Source: Mucilaginibacter gynuensis
Lineage (GTDB): Bacteria; Bacteroidota; Bacteroidia; Sphingobacteriales; Sphingobacteriaceae
Assembly (NCBI RefSeq): GCF_039541195.1
Contig: NZ_BAABFT010000005.1
Span: forward strand, 106,035 to 138,034
DNA: 32,000 nucleotides
Reading direction: 5' to 3'
Made by a program: the position numbers and the translations under genes. Below are positions 8,718 to 17,241 of the stretch, piece by piece. How positions within the stretch are numbered: position 1 is the first letter of the stretch; every line of letters starts with the position of its first letter. Below the pieces are notes generated by a model. That model saw nothing but the letters and a program-made list of their open reading frames with translations, did not search any database and was not told where the DNA came from.

Positions 8718-9629
8718 ATGAATTTAAACATAACATCTGTTCAAACACATACTATTGACCAGTTACTTGCCCCTTTTGGTATTAACGACCCCAATAAAGG
8801 CCTATATATAATATATACCGATGCGAGCGAAACGCCTCCGCCTATTATGTATCCTTTCCGGTCGGACCATTTCGCGTTTTTTATAATTACCCAGGGGGAA
8901 CTGGAGATCAATGTAAACCTGATGGCTTATCAGCTTACGGTTGGCAATGCCCTGATGTTGTCGCCGCAGGTAGTGCGTCAGTTTGTGCGCGTATCGCCCG
9001 ATTGCAAGATAGCTTCGGTAGTTTTCAGTTCCGATTTTTTGTCGAGCGCGGGCATACATAATAAGAATATAGATGCCATGGAGTTTTTATCACCGCAGAT
9101 CAGTCCGCTCCTGCTATTGCAGCCAAAAGAAGCGGAAGTGCTGTTAACCATGGTACAATTACTTAAATATAAAACCGATGATGATAAGCAGGGCTTTCAG
9201 CACGAAATAGTGCTTAACATTTTCGCTGCACTTATTTACGAGATGGGTTCGTTGTATAAAAAGCAGGAATCGTACGATGATGTTTTCGGTACGCGTAAAG
9301 AAGAGCTTACCTTCCGCTTTTTAAAACTACTGCCGCAACATTACCGCGAGCAACGCAGCGTTTTGGCTTATGCCGCCATGTTAAATATAACCCCCAAATA
9401 CCTGTCGCAAACCATTAAAGAAATTACGGGCAAAACGGCAGGCGAGTTTATTGACGAGATGGTATTAATGGAAGCCAAGATATTATTGAACGACCTTAGC
9501 CTCACCATTGGCCAGGTGGCCTCGTACCTTAACTTTAGCGACCAGTTCTTTTTCAGCAAGTATTTTAAAAAACAGGCAGGCATCAGCCCAAGTCAATACC
9601 GAAAATCGGGCGATACCGGCAAGCGGTAG
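8718..9629 (+). CDS. AraC/XylS-family transcriptional regulator
   Basis: 303-aa ORF with a C-terminal double HTH (LAYAAMLNITPKYLSQTIKEITGKTAGEFIDEMVLMEAKILL...IGQVASYLNFSDQFFFSKYFKKQAGISPSQYR). It is divergent from the SusC gene. Confidence 0.9.
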   Translation: MNLNITSVQTHTIDQLLAPFGINDPNKGLYIIYTDASETPPPIMYPFRSDHFAFFIITQGELEINVNLMAYQLTVGNALMLSPQVVRQFVRVSPDCKIASVVFSSDFLSSAGIHNKNIDAMEFLSPQISPLLLLQPKEAEVLLTMVQLLKYKTDDDKQGFQHEIVLNIFAALIYEMGSLYKKQESYDDVFGTRKEELTFRFLKLLPQHYREQRSVLAYAAMLNITPKYLSQTIKEITGKTAGEFIDEMVLMEAKILLNDLSLTIGQVASYLNFSDQFFFSKYFKKQAGISPSQYRKSGDTGKR

Positions 9630-9632
9630 CGG

Positions 9633-9673
9633 AACAGAATTTCAGACATATTTAGCAGACTTATTGACATATC
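9633..9673 (+). promoter_or_regulatory. Copy 1 of a conserved motif: AACAG..TTTCAGACATATT, then 21 bp on, TTGACATATC
   Basis: The sequence is aacagaatttcagacatatttagcagacttattgacatatc. The ACAT cores at 9646 and 9667 are exactly 21 bp apart. It lies immediately 3' of the AraC stop codon. Confidence 0.45.
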
Positions 9674-9787
9674 AAATATTTATTAATCATGTTGATGCAA
9701 ATCATCTGCAAATGACAAAGCATAACCGGCATCATCTATATCCATTCTCTAATCTTGTTATATAAGTTAACATTGTTTATTACCATC

Positions 9788-9817
9788 ATTGTAATATTAT
9801 TACTAATCTATTACAAT
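9788..9817. promoter_or_regulatory. 9-bp perfect inverted repeat attgtaata-N12-tattacaat, a candidate operator
   Basis: Arms at 9788-9796 and 9809-9817 were read directly. They sit about 110-140 nt upstream of the TetR start. Confidence 0.3.
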
Positions 9818-9828
9818 CATTTCAGAAA

Positions 9829-9868
9829 AACAGAACTTTTGACATATTAGTACACCCTTTCAACATTC
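9829..9868 (+). promoter_or_regulatory. Copy 2 of the conserved motif, upstream of the TetR/RND operon
   Basis: The sequence is aacagaacttttgacatattagtacaccctttcaacattc. The ACAT cores at 9842 and 9863 are 21 bp apart. It lies 60 nt upstream of the ATG at 9928. Confidence 0.5.
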
Positions 9869-9927
9869 TGCTGCATATTTAATTAAGGCAATTTTGCCGG
9901 GCACTCTTATTAATAGTGCTTATAAAT

Positions 9928-10515
9928 ATGCCCGTTAGAGATACCGGTACCGAAAAATTAATTAAGGATACCGCCAAACACATTTTCTTTGCCGAAGGCC
10001 GCCTGCATGCCAATACGCAGGCCATTGCCGATGCCGCGGGAGTTAGCCGTACGTTGCTTAATTACTATTTCCGGTCGAAAGACGCTTTAATTGACCAGGT
10101 TTTTAAGGAAGCCATGCACGGCCTGTCGCAACAGCTGGATACGGTAATGAAGGCCGACCTGCCTTTCCGCAAAAAGATCGAAAACTTCATCGAGGTTTTC
10201 CTCACTGAATCCATCGCGTTCCCCTACCAGGAAACTTTTCTGATCACCGAGATCAATTCAGATACCTGTAAGTACGCTGATGAAGATAAGCCTGAACGCA
10301 TGCAATACTTTTTGAGCCAGATACAGGCCGAAATGGATGCCGGGCATATTGAGGCCATGAACCCCATCCATTTCATGATGAACCTTTTTTCGCTGATGGC
10401 CTATCCGCTGGTAATGGCCCCTATTTATAAAAAAGTTTTCGAGCTCAGTAACGATGAGTTCAATGGCTTAATAAAAGAACGCAAAATGATGATCTGTAAA
10501 ATGATCTTCCAGTAA
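9928..10515 (+). CDS. TetR/AcrR-family transcriptional regulator, a putative efflux repressor
   Basis: The N-terminal HTH reads KLIKDTAKHIFFAEGRLHANTQAIADAAGVSRTLLNYYFRSKDAL. The track start at 9916 is GTG, and I prefer the in-frame ATG at 9928. The gene lies directly upstream of the RND genes. Confidence 0.9.
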   Translation: MPVRDTGTEKLIKDTAKHIFFAEGRLHANTQAIADAAGVSRTLLNYYFRSKDALIDQVFKEAMHGLSQQLDTVMKADLPFRKKIENFIEVFLTESIAFPYQETFLITEINSDTCKYADEDKPERMQYFLSQIQAEMDAGHIEAMNPIHFMMNLFSLMAYPLVMAPIYKKVFELSNDEFNGLIKERKMMICKMIFQ

Positions 10516-10615
10516 AAAAATTTGAACCTCCATTAACAAAATTGTCAAACACAAAAATAGAAGTACCTCAATGCCTACTCATTTAATCCACTCAAACAGC
10601 CACGGCTTTATATTT

Positions 10616-11788
10616 ATGAAAAACACAATTAAACTTTTAACCGGTTTTAGCGCGGGCTTGATCCTGCTATCGTCATGCGGCGATAAAACACAGCAGGGCG
10701 CGGCAGCAGCAGCAGGCGGTCCGCCGCCTGCGCAAAGCTACCCGATATTTACCTTAACAGTACATAACGCTACCCTTAACAGCACCTACCCTGCTACCCT
10801 GCAAGGCCAGCAGAATATCGACATACGCCCCAAAATTGACGGCTTTGTTGAACAGATATTTATTGACGAAGGCAGCGTGGTAAAAAAAGGCCAGTTATTA
10901 TTTAAGATAAGCGCCCCGCAATATCAGCAAGATGTAAACAACGCAGCGGCCGCCATCAACAGTGCCGAAGCCGATGTAAGCAGCGCCGAATTGCAGGTTA
11001 ACAAAACCAAACCGCTGGTTGAAAAAGATATCATCAGCCATTACGAACTGGAGGCAGCGCAACTAACCTTAAAAGCACGCCGTGCCGCGTTGGCACAGGC
11101 TAAAGCTAACCTGGCCAATGCAAAAACAAATTTGGGTTATACAACCATTACCAGCCCGGTTAATGGCGTGGTAGGAACCATACCTTATAAATTAGGTAGT
11201 TTAATAAACGCCAACACCGCGCAGCCGCTAACTACCATTTCAAACATTGGTAAGGTTTACGCCTACTTCTCGCTCAACGAAAAGCAGTTGCTTGATTTTT
11301 CGCGCACTATGAAGGGTAAAACCATGAACGAGAAACTGGCCAACACGCCGCCGGTATCGCTTGTACTGCCCGATGGTACTACCTATCCTGAAAAAGGTCG
11401 CGTAGAAACCATCAGCGGATTGATCAATACCGAAACAGGTTCGGCAAGTTACAGGGCTACATTCCCTAACCCGGTTGGCCTTATCCGCAGTGGTGGTACT
11501 GCTACCATACAAATACCGCAAACTTTAAAGGATGCTATACTGATACCGCAAAAAGCGGTTTACGAGCTGCAAGGCAAACACTTTGTATATGTGGTTGATA
11601 GCAAGGGTGCGGTTAAAAGTACCGAGATCGAGATTATGGACTTAGCAACCGGCCAGTTTTACGTGGTTACCAGCGGCATAAAAGCAGGCGAAACCGTAGT
11701 GACCGATGGCGCAAATACTTTAAAGGACGGCATGGTAATTAAACCCGAAGCCCAAACCGCCGAAACTATTTACAAGGATCTCAATTAA
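10616..11788 (+). CDS. RND efflux periplasmic adaptor subunit (membrane fusion protein)
   Basis: Lipoprotein signal MKNTIKLLTGFSAGLILLSSCG starting from the ATG at 10616 (the track start at 10571 is 15 codons upstream). It has a biotinyl-lipoyl-like segment (VKKGQLLFKI), a coiled-coil hairpin and the segment LGYTTITSPVNGVVG. Confidence 0.9.
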   Translation: MKNTIKLLTGFSAGLILLSSCGDKTQQGAAAAAGGPPPAQSYPIFTLTVHNATLNSTYPATLQGQQNIDIRPKIDGFVEQIFIDEGSVVKKGQLLFKISAPQYQQDVNNAAAAINSAEADVSSAELQVNKTKPLVEKDIISHYELEAAQLTLKARRAALAQAKANLANAKTNLGYTTITSPVNGVVGTIPYKLGSLINANTAQPLTTISNIGKVYAYFSLNEKQLLDFSRTMKGKTMNEKLANTPPVSLVLPDGTTYPEKGRVETISGLINTETGSASYRATFPNPVGLIRSGGTATIQIPQTLKDAILIPQKAVYELQGKHFVYVVDSKGAVKSTEIEIMDLATGQFYVVTSGIKAGETVVTDGANTLKDGMVIKPEAQTAETIYKDLN

Positions 11789-11850
11789 TTTTCACGCAAT
11801 AAGGCACGGCAGGCTTAGCAGCTTAGCCGGGCTATCAACATAAATTAACT

Positions 11851-14800
11851 ATGTTACGTACATTCATTCAAAAACCGGTACTATCCACAGTGATATCGGT
11901 TATTATAGTAATACTGGGTATACTGGGGCTCACCACGCTCCCTATTACACAGTACCCGGATATAGCGCCGCCAACGGTGCAGGTATCCACATCATACCAG
12001 GGTGCTAATGCCGAGGTGGTGATGAACAGCGTTATTGTTCCGTTAGAGGAGCAGATTAACGGTGTGGAGAACATGACCTACATGACATCTACCGCCAGTA
12101 ACGATGGTACCGCTACCATTACCGTTTATTTTAAACAAGGTACCGACCCGGATTTGGCGGCGGTAAACGTGCAGAACAGGGTATCAAAAGCTACCAGCTT
12201 ATTACCTGCCGAGGTTACCAAGGCCGGTGTTACCACCAGCAAGCGCCAAAGCAGCATGGTGATGGTGTTCACCCTATCGAGCACTAACAAAAGCTACGAT
12301 CAAACCTTTTTGCAAAACTATGCCAACATTAACCTTTTACCGCAAATTAAGCGGATCAACGGTGTTGGTGAGGCTTCAGCCTTTGGTTTGCAGGATTATT
12401 CGATGCGTATTTGGCTTAAGCCCGATGTTATGGCCAGTTACGGCCTCATCCCCGATGATGTAAATACGGCCCTTGCCGAGCAGAACATCGAAGCCGCACC
12501 GGGTAAAATAGGCGAAAATGACAATCAAACATATCAATACGTTTTAAAATATAAAGGCAGGCTTAAAAGCACCTCCGAGTTCGAGAATATTGTGGTACGG
12601 TCGGCAGCCAAAGGCCAGTTATTACGCCTTAAAGATGTAGCCCGTATAGAACTGGGCGCACAAAGTTACGCCAGTACCGCTAAAATGAATGGCAAACCGG
12701 CCATCGGTATAGCTATTTATCAAACAGCGGGTTCAAACGCGCACGAGTTGATAAAAACCTGTGAGCAAACTATTGAGGCGGCATCAAAAACATTCCCTCC
12801 GGGTATAAGCCAAACCTCCATATTCAGTGTTAACGACTTTTTGGATGAATCTATCGACAAAGTGATCCACACCCTTGTGGAAGCATTTATACTGCTGTTC
12901 ATCGTAGTATTTATTTTCCTGCAAGATTTCCGCTCTACGCTGATACCGGCCATCGCGGTTCCGGTAGCTATTGTGGGTACCTTCTTCTTTTTACAATTGT
13001 TCGGGTTTACTATTAACCTGCTCACCTTGTTCGCGATGGTACTGGCCATTGGTATTGTGGTAGATGATGCCATTGTGGTGGTAGAGGCGGTACACGCCAA
13101 GCTCGATAACGGTGCAAAATCCGGTAAGGAAGCTACTATTGGCGCCATGGGCGAAATCAGCGGCGCTATCATATCAATTACTTTGGTAATGGCGGCTGTA
13201 TTTATCCCGGTATCGTTTATCACCGGTTCAACCGGGGTGTTTTATAAGCAATTTGGTTTAACGCTGGCTATCGCTATTTTGATATCGGCTGTTAACGCGC
13301 TTACTTTAAGTCCGGCATTGTGCGCCTTGTTATTAAAACCGCATCCCGAAGGTGAACATCATAAATCGGGCTTATTGCAGCGTTTTTATACCGCGTTTAA
13401 TACGGGTTTTGATGCATTTACCGGCAAATACAAAAAATCGGTAGGCTTTTTGGCTGCCAAAAAATGGATAGCTATCGCGGGTATCGTTGTATTCGGGGTG
13501 ATATTTTGGTTCTTGCTGAAAACTACGCCGTCGGGTTTCGTACCTAACGAAGATCAGGGCTTTATCATTGGCGACGTATCATTACCTCCTGCCGCTTCAT
13601 TAGAACGTACTACCGAAGTGGTTGACCAGGTTGCCGGCATGATACAAAAAATGCCAGAAGTAGAGTCGGTGATCCGGGTGGCCGGTCAGGGTATATTGAG
13701 CGGCGCGGGTGGTTCTTATGGTTTGATCATGATCAAGCTGAAACCATGGGCAGACCGTACCGCCAAAGGATCGGACGTAACCAGCGTTACCGGTAAACTG
13801 TTCGGGATGACGGCCGGGATAAAAGGCGCTACCATATTATTCTTTGCCCCGCCAACCTTGCAGGGTTTTGGTAACAGCAGCGGCTTTGAGTTCCAGGTGC
13901 AGGACCGTACCGGCGGCGATATTAATAAGTTTGCCGAAATAAACGGAAAATTCTTAGGCGCGTTGAACCAACGCCCCGAAATTCAATACGCTTCAACCTT
14001 CTTCAATACCAACTTCCCGCAGTTTTTGGTGGATGTTAACATAGCCAAATGTAAGGATGCAGGCGTACCTGTAAACTCGGTATTGAGCACCTTGCAGGGT
14101 TATTACGGTGGTATTTATGCCTCCAACTTTAACGAGTTTGGTAAACAGTACAGGGTAATGATACAGGCCGATGCCGCTTACAGGGGCACCACCGGCAGCT
14201 TAAACAATATATATGTACGCAACGCCAACAATGTAATGGCGCCGATATCTGAATTTGTAACGCTTAAAAGAGTTTACGGACCGGAGTCGATCAGACGTTT
14301 CAACTTATTTACCTCTATATCGGTAACGGGCGCGCCAAAACCGGGCTTTAGTACAGGTGATGCCATTAAGGCGATACAGGAAGTGGCCGCCACTACACTG
14401 CCTGCGGGTTATGGTTACGAGTTTTCGGGCTTAACACGCGAGGAGATCAGCAGCGGCAGCCAAACCATCTTCATTTTTATTTTGTGTTTGGTGTTCGTTT
14501 ACTTCCTGCTAAGCGCGCAGTACGAAAGTTACATATTGCCGTTCGCGGTATTGCTTTCACTACCAGTAGGTTTAGCCGGGGCATTCATCTTCGCCTGGTT
14601 ATTCGGTATCGAAAATAACATCTATCTGCAAATCACCCTTATCATGCTCATCGGCTTACTGGCTAAGAACGCCATCCTGATCGTTGAGTTCGCGGTAATG
14701 CGCAGGCGTAAAGGCGAAAGTATTGTGCAGGCGGCTATTGATGGTTCGGTAGCACGTATAAGGCCAATCCTCATGACCTCGTTCGCCTTCATATTGGGCC

Positions 14801-15015
14801 TTGTGCCGCTGATGCTGGCATCGGGCGCGGGCGCGGCAGGTAACCGTTCTATCGGTACAGGCGCTGTTGGCGGTATGCTTATCGGTACCATTTTCGGGGT
14901 ATTTGTAATACCAATATTGTTCATCATTTTCCAAACCTTACAGGAACGCATCAGCGGCAAACCAATGAGCGAAGAAGAAGAACAAGCGCAATGGGCGGAA
15001 CATGCCACGCTATAA
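11851..15015 (+). CDS. RND multidrug efflux pump, inner-membrane permease (AcrB/HAE1-like)
   Basis: 1054-aa ORF with an N-terminal FI.KPVLSTVISVIIVILGI helix and 12-TM architecture. It carries the conserved AIGIVVDDAIVVVE motif and sits between the adaptor and outer-membrane factor genes. Confidence 0.97.
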   Translation: MLRTFIQKPVLSTVISVIIVILGILGLTTLPITQYPDIAPPTVQVSTSYQGANAEVVMNSVIVPLEEQINGVENMTYMTSTASNDGTATITVYFKQGTDPDLAAVNVQNRVSKATSLLPAEVTKAGVTTSKRQSSMVMVFTLSSTNKSYDQTFLQNYANINLLPQIKRINGVGEASAFGLQDYSMRIWLKPDVMASYGLIPDDVNTALAEQNIEAAPGKIGENDNQTYQYVLKYKGRLKSTSEFENIVVRSAAKGQLLRLKDVARIELGAQSYASTAKMNGKPAIGIAIYQTAGSNAHELIKTCEQTIEAASKTFPPGISQTSIFSVNDFLDESIDKVIHTLVEAFILLFIVVFIFLQDFRSTLIPAIAVPVAIVGTFFFLQLFGFTINLLTLFAMVLAIGIVVDDAIVVVEAVHAKLDNGAKSGKEATIGAMGEISGAIISITLVMAAVFIPVSFITGSTGVFYKQFGLTLAIAILISAVNALTLSPALCALLLKPHPEGEHHKSGLLQRFYTAFNTGFDAFTGKYKKSVGFLAAKKWIAIAGIVVFGVIFWFLLKTTPSGFVPNEDQGFIIGDVSLPPAASLERTTEVVDQVAGMIQKMPEVESVIRVAGQGILSGAGGSYGLIMIKLKPWADRTAKGSDVTSVTGKLFGMTAGIKGATILFFAPPTLQGFGNSSGFEFQVQDRTGGDINKFAEINGKFLGALNQRPEIQYASTFFNTNFPQFLVDVNIAKCKDAGVPVNSVLSTLQGYYGGIYASNFNEFGKQYRVMIQADAAYRGTTGSLNNIYVRNANNVMAPISEFVTLKRVYGPESIRRFNLFTSISVTGAPKPGFSTGDAIKAIQEVAATTLPAGYGYEFSGLTREEISSGSQTIFIFILCLVFVYFLLSAQYESYILPFAVLLSLPVGLAGAFIFAWLFGIENNIYLQITLIMLIGLLAKNAILIVEFAVMRRRKGESIVQAAIDGSVARIRPILMTSFAFILGLVPLMLASGAGAAGNRSIGTGAVGGMLIGTIFGVFVIPILFIIFQTLQERISGKPMSEEEEQAQWAEHATL

Positions 15016-15051
15016 TACAATTTATTAAGTACTATTAAACAAGTTCATAAA

Positions 15052-16461
15052 ATGACCTATTTATATAAAAGACAAGTATTGGCCGTGCTGACAACGGCGG
15101 CCATACTTGCCTCATGTGTTACTAAAAAGTACCGGCAGCCAACCGTTAATACCGATCACCTGTATCGCGATACCACGCTTACCGATACCACATCAATGGC
15201 CAACATGCCGGTGAAACAGTTGTTTTCGGATACCGTACTTACCAACCTGATACAGGAAGGGCTGAACGAAAACCTCGACCTGAAAACCGCCGTGCAGCGT
15301 ATTGCCGAAGCACAGGCTACCTTTGGGCAAAGCAAGGCTGCCTTTTTGCCAAGCTTAAGCGCGGGGGCTAATGTAACCCGGGCGAAAACATCGGCGGCAA
15401 GCCTTAACTTTCCGCCGGAGTTTGCCAACTCGTTCAACTTAAAAACCACTACCTACCAGCTGGTGCTTAATACCAGTTGGGAGGCCGATATATGGGGTAA
15501 ATTGAGCAGTGCCAAAAGATCGGCGTTGGCTGGTCTGTTGCAAAGCGACGCGGCTAAAAGGGCTGTGCAAACCCAGCTGATCGCCAACATTGCCAATACG
15601 TATTATAATCTGATGGCGCTTGATCAGCAACTGGCTATCACCAAACAAACTTTGGAGATAAGGATAAAAGACGTAGAAACCGTGAAAAGCCTGAAAGAAG
15701 GCGCGATAGTGAACGGTGCCGCCGTAGTACAAAGCGAGGCCAACCGTTATGCCGCCGAGGTAACCATTCCGGATTTAAACCAGAGCATCCGCGAAGCGGA
15801 GAACGCGTTGAGTATATTGCTGGCACGTGCTCCCGGCCCTATTAAACGCGGCTCACTAAACGAGCAAAAAACCGTTGCCGATCTTAAAATTGGCGTTCCA
15901 TCGCAACTGTTAAAAAACAGGCCCGATGTGCGGCAGGCCGAATTTGCCTTTAGGGCAGCTTTTGAAAGCACCAACCTGGCACGTACCTATTTTTATCCGC
16001 AGTTAACCATTACCGGACAGGGCGGCGCGTCATCATTGCAATTGAAGAACATCTTTGATAATTCTATCTTTTACAACTTCATTGGCGGCCTCACCCAGCC
16101 TATTTTTAGCCAGGGACAAAACAGGGCTCGTTTAAGAACCGCCAAAGCACAGCAACAAGAAGCTTACTACGCTTTTCAGCAATCGTTACTTACAGCCGGG
16201 CAGGAAGTTTCAAACGCTTTGTACTCTTACCAAAACGCGGTTGAAAAGCAAGGTTCAAGGGTGAAACAATTACAGGCCTTAGAAAAATCGGTTGATTATA
16301 CCAAGGAGCTTTTGCGCTATAGCTCGGCAACAAACTATACCGACGTTTTAACCTCCGAACAAAGTTTACTTACAGCCCAGTTAAGCAGCGTTAACGACCG
16401 TTTGCAGGAATTGCAGGCTATTGTAAACCTGTATAGGGCTTTAGGCGGCGGATGGCGTTAA
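15052..16461 (+). CDS. Efflux outer-membrane factor lipoprotein (NodT/TolC family)
   Basis: 469-aa ORF with lipoprotein signal AILASC, two TolC-like repeats and the C-terminal LYRALGGGW motif typical of outer-membrane factor proteins. Confidence 0.92.
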   Translation: MTYLYKRQVLAVLTTAAILASCVTKKYRQPTVNTDHLYRDTTLTDTTSMANMPVKQLFSDTVLTNLIQEGLNENLDLKTAVQRIAEAQATFGQSKAAFLPSLSAGANVTRAKTSAASLNFPPEFANSFNLKTTTYQLVLNTSWEADIWGKLSSAKRSALAGLLQSDAAKRAVQTQLIANIANTYYNLMALDQQLAITKQTLEIRIKDVETVKSLKEGAIVNGAAVVQSEANRYAAEVTIPDLNQSIREAENALSILLARAPGPIKRGSLNEQKTVADLKIGVPSQLLKNRPDVRQAEFAFRAAFESTNLARTYFYPQLTITGQGGASSLQLKNIFDNSIFYNFIGGLTQPIFSQGQNRARLRTAKAQQQEAYYAFQQSLLTAGQEVSNALYSYQNAVEKQGSRVKQLQALEKSVDYTKELLRYSSATNYTDVLTSEQSLLTAQLSSVNDRLQELQAIVNLYRALGGGWR

Positions 16462-16468
16462 AAACATA

Positions 16469-16605
16469 AATAGGCTCATATTGCTATATGAAACATTAAA
16501 AACAGCAGAGTTTCAGACATATTTTAACGGCATTTCAACATTGCAATTGCCAATAAATAAACAGAAATTCATATTATCGTTTTTACTGAGTATTATGAGC
16601 CTATT
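16469..16605. repeat. Perfect 12-bp inverted repeat (aataggctcata ... tatgagcctatt) bracketing 113 nt
   Basis: Arms at 16469-16480 and 16594-16605 are exact reverse complements. They enclose motif copy 3 and a 6-4-6 palindrome tcatat-tgct-atatga (16476-16491). Confidence 0.7.
16501..16543 (+). promoter_or_regulatory. Copy 3 of the conserved motif, upstream of the tandem TetR genes
   Basis: The sequence is aacagcagagtttcagacatattttaacggcatttcaacattg. The ACAT cores at 16517 and 16538 are 21 bp apart. It lies 75 nt upstream of the ATG at 16618. Confidence 0.5.
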
Positions 16606-16617
16606 ATTAAGATATTT

Positions 16618-17232
16618 ATGGGAAGTAAAGAAAGAATATTGCGCCTGAAAGACCAAACCAGGCGTAATATTCTTGATTCTGCCCTGGATATAGTTGAAAC
16701 CGGTGGTTGTGATGCCTTAAGCATGCGCAAGCTTGCCGACCAGATAGAATATTCGCCGCCTGTTATTTACGAGTATTTCAGGAACAAGGAATGTATTTAC
16801 CTTGAACTGGCCAAAAGAGGGCACCTTACCCTTGCCGAAAAAGTGCGCGAAGCCAAAAGCCGCCACCGCATCCCCGAAAAGCAGATAGAAGCCATGTGGA
16901 TTGCCTACTGGAACTTCGCTTTTACACACAAAGTATTTTACCAGCTGATGTACGGCATCAACTTTGTTTGCGTACCTACAGAAAACGATTCGGCAGAGGC
17001 CAATTTAGTGCCCGACCTGATGACCGAAGTGATTGCCGCCCTGTTTAAAAACAAGCCGGTAAGCGACGAAACCATCCGGATGAAATACTACACTTACTGG
17101 GCGGTTGTACACGGCCTCATTTCGCTCAATATCATTCAACAAACTACCGACGAAAAAATGGGGCTCGAAATATTGACCGGGGCTGTAAAAGGCATTACCA
17201 CCTCCATCATATTTGTACCGCCAATTAATTAA
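16618..17232 (+). CDS. TetR/AcrR-family transcriptional regulator
   Basis: 204-aa ORF. The N-terminal HTH reads ILDSALDIVETGGCDALSMRKLADQIEYSPPVIYEYFRNKE. Confidence 0.85.
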   Translation: MGSKERILRLKDQTRRNILDSALDIVETGGCDALSMRKLADQIEYSPPVIYEYFRNKECIYLELAKRGHLTLAEKVREAKSRHRIPEKQIEAMWIAYWNFAFTHKVFYQLMYGINFVCVPTENDSAEANLVPDLMTEVIAALFKNKPVSDETIRMKYYTYWAVVHGLISLNIIQQTTDEKMGLEILTGAVKGITTSIIFVPPIN

Positions 17233-17241
17233 CGAAGCTAA

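Noticed and set aside
11868-15020. Long antisense ORFs inside the RND pump gene (11868-12074, 12720-13223, 14622-15020 and 14656-14934, minus strand)
   Set aside because: They are fully embedded antisense in a confidently identified 1054-aa transporter gene. They are Ala/Ser/Thr/Ile-rich mirror translations of transmembrane segments, which is typical of shadow ORFs.
15156-15974. Four antisense ORFs of 62-97 aa inside the outer-membrane factor gene
   Set aside because: They are embedded antisense in a confident gene, overlap one another and resemble no known family.
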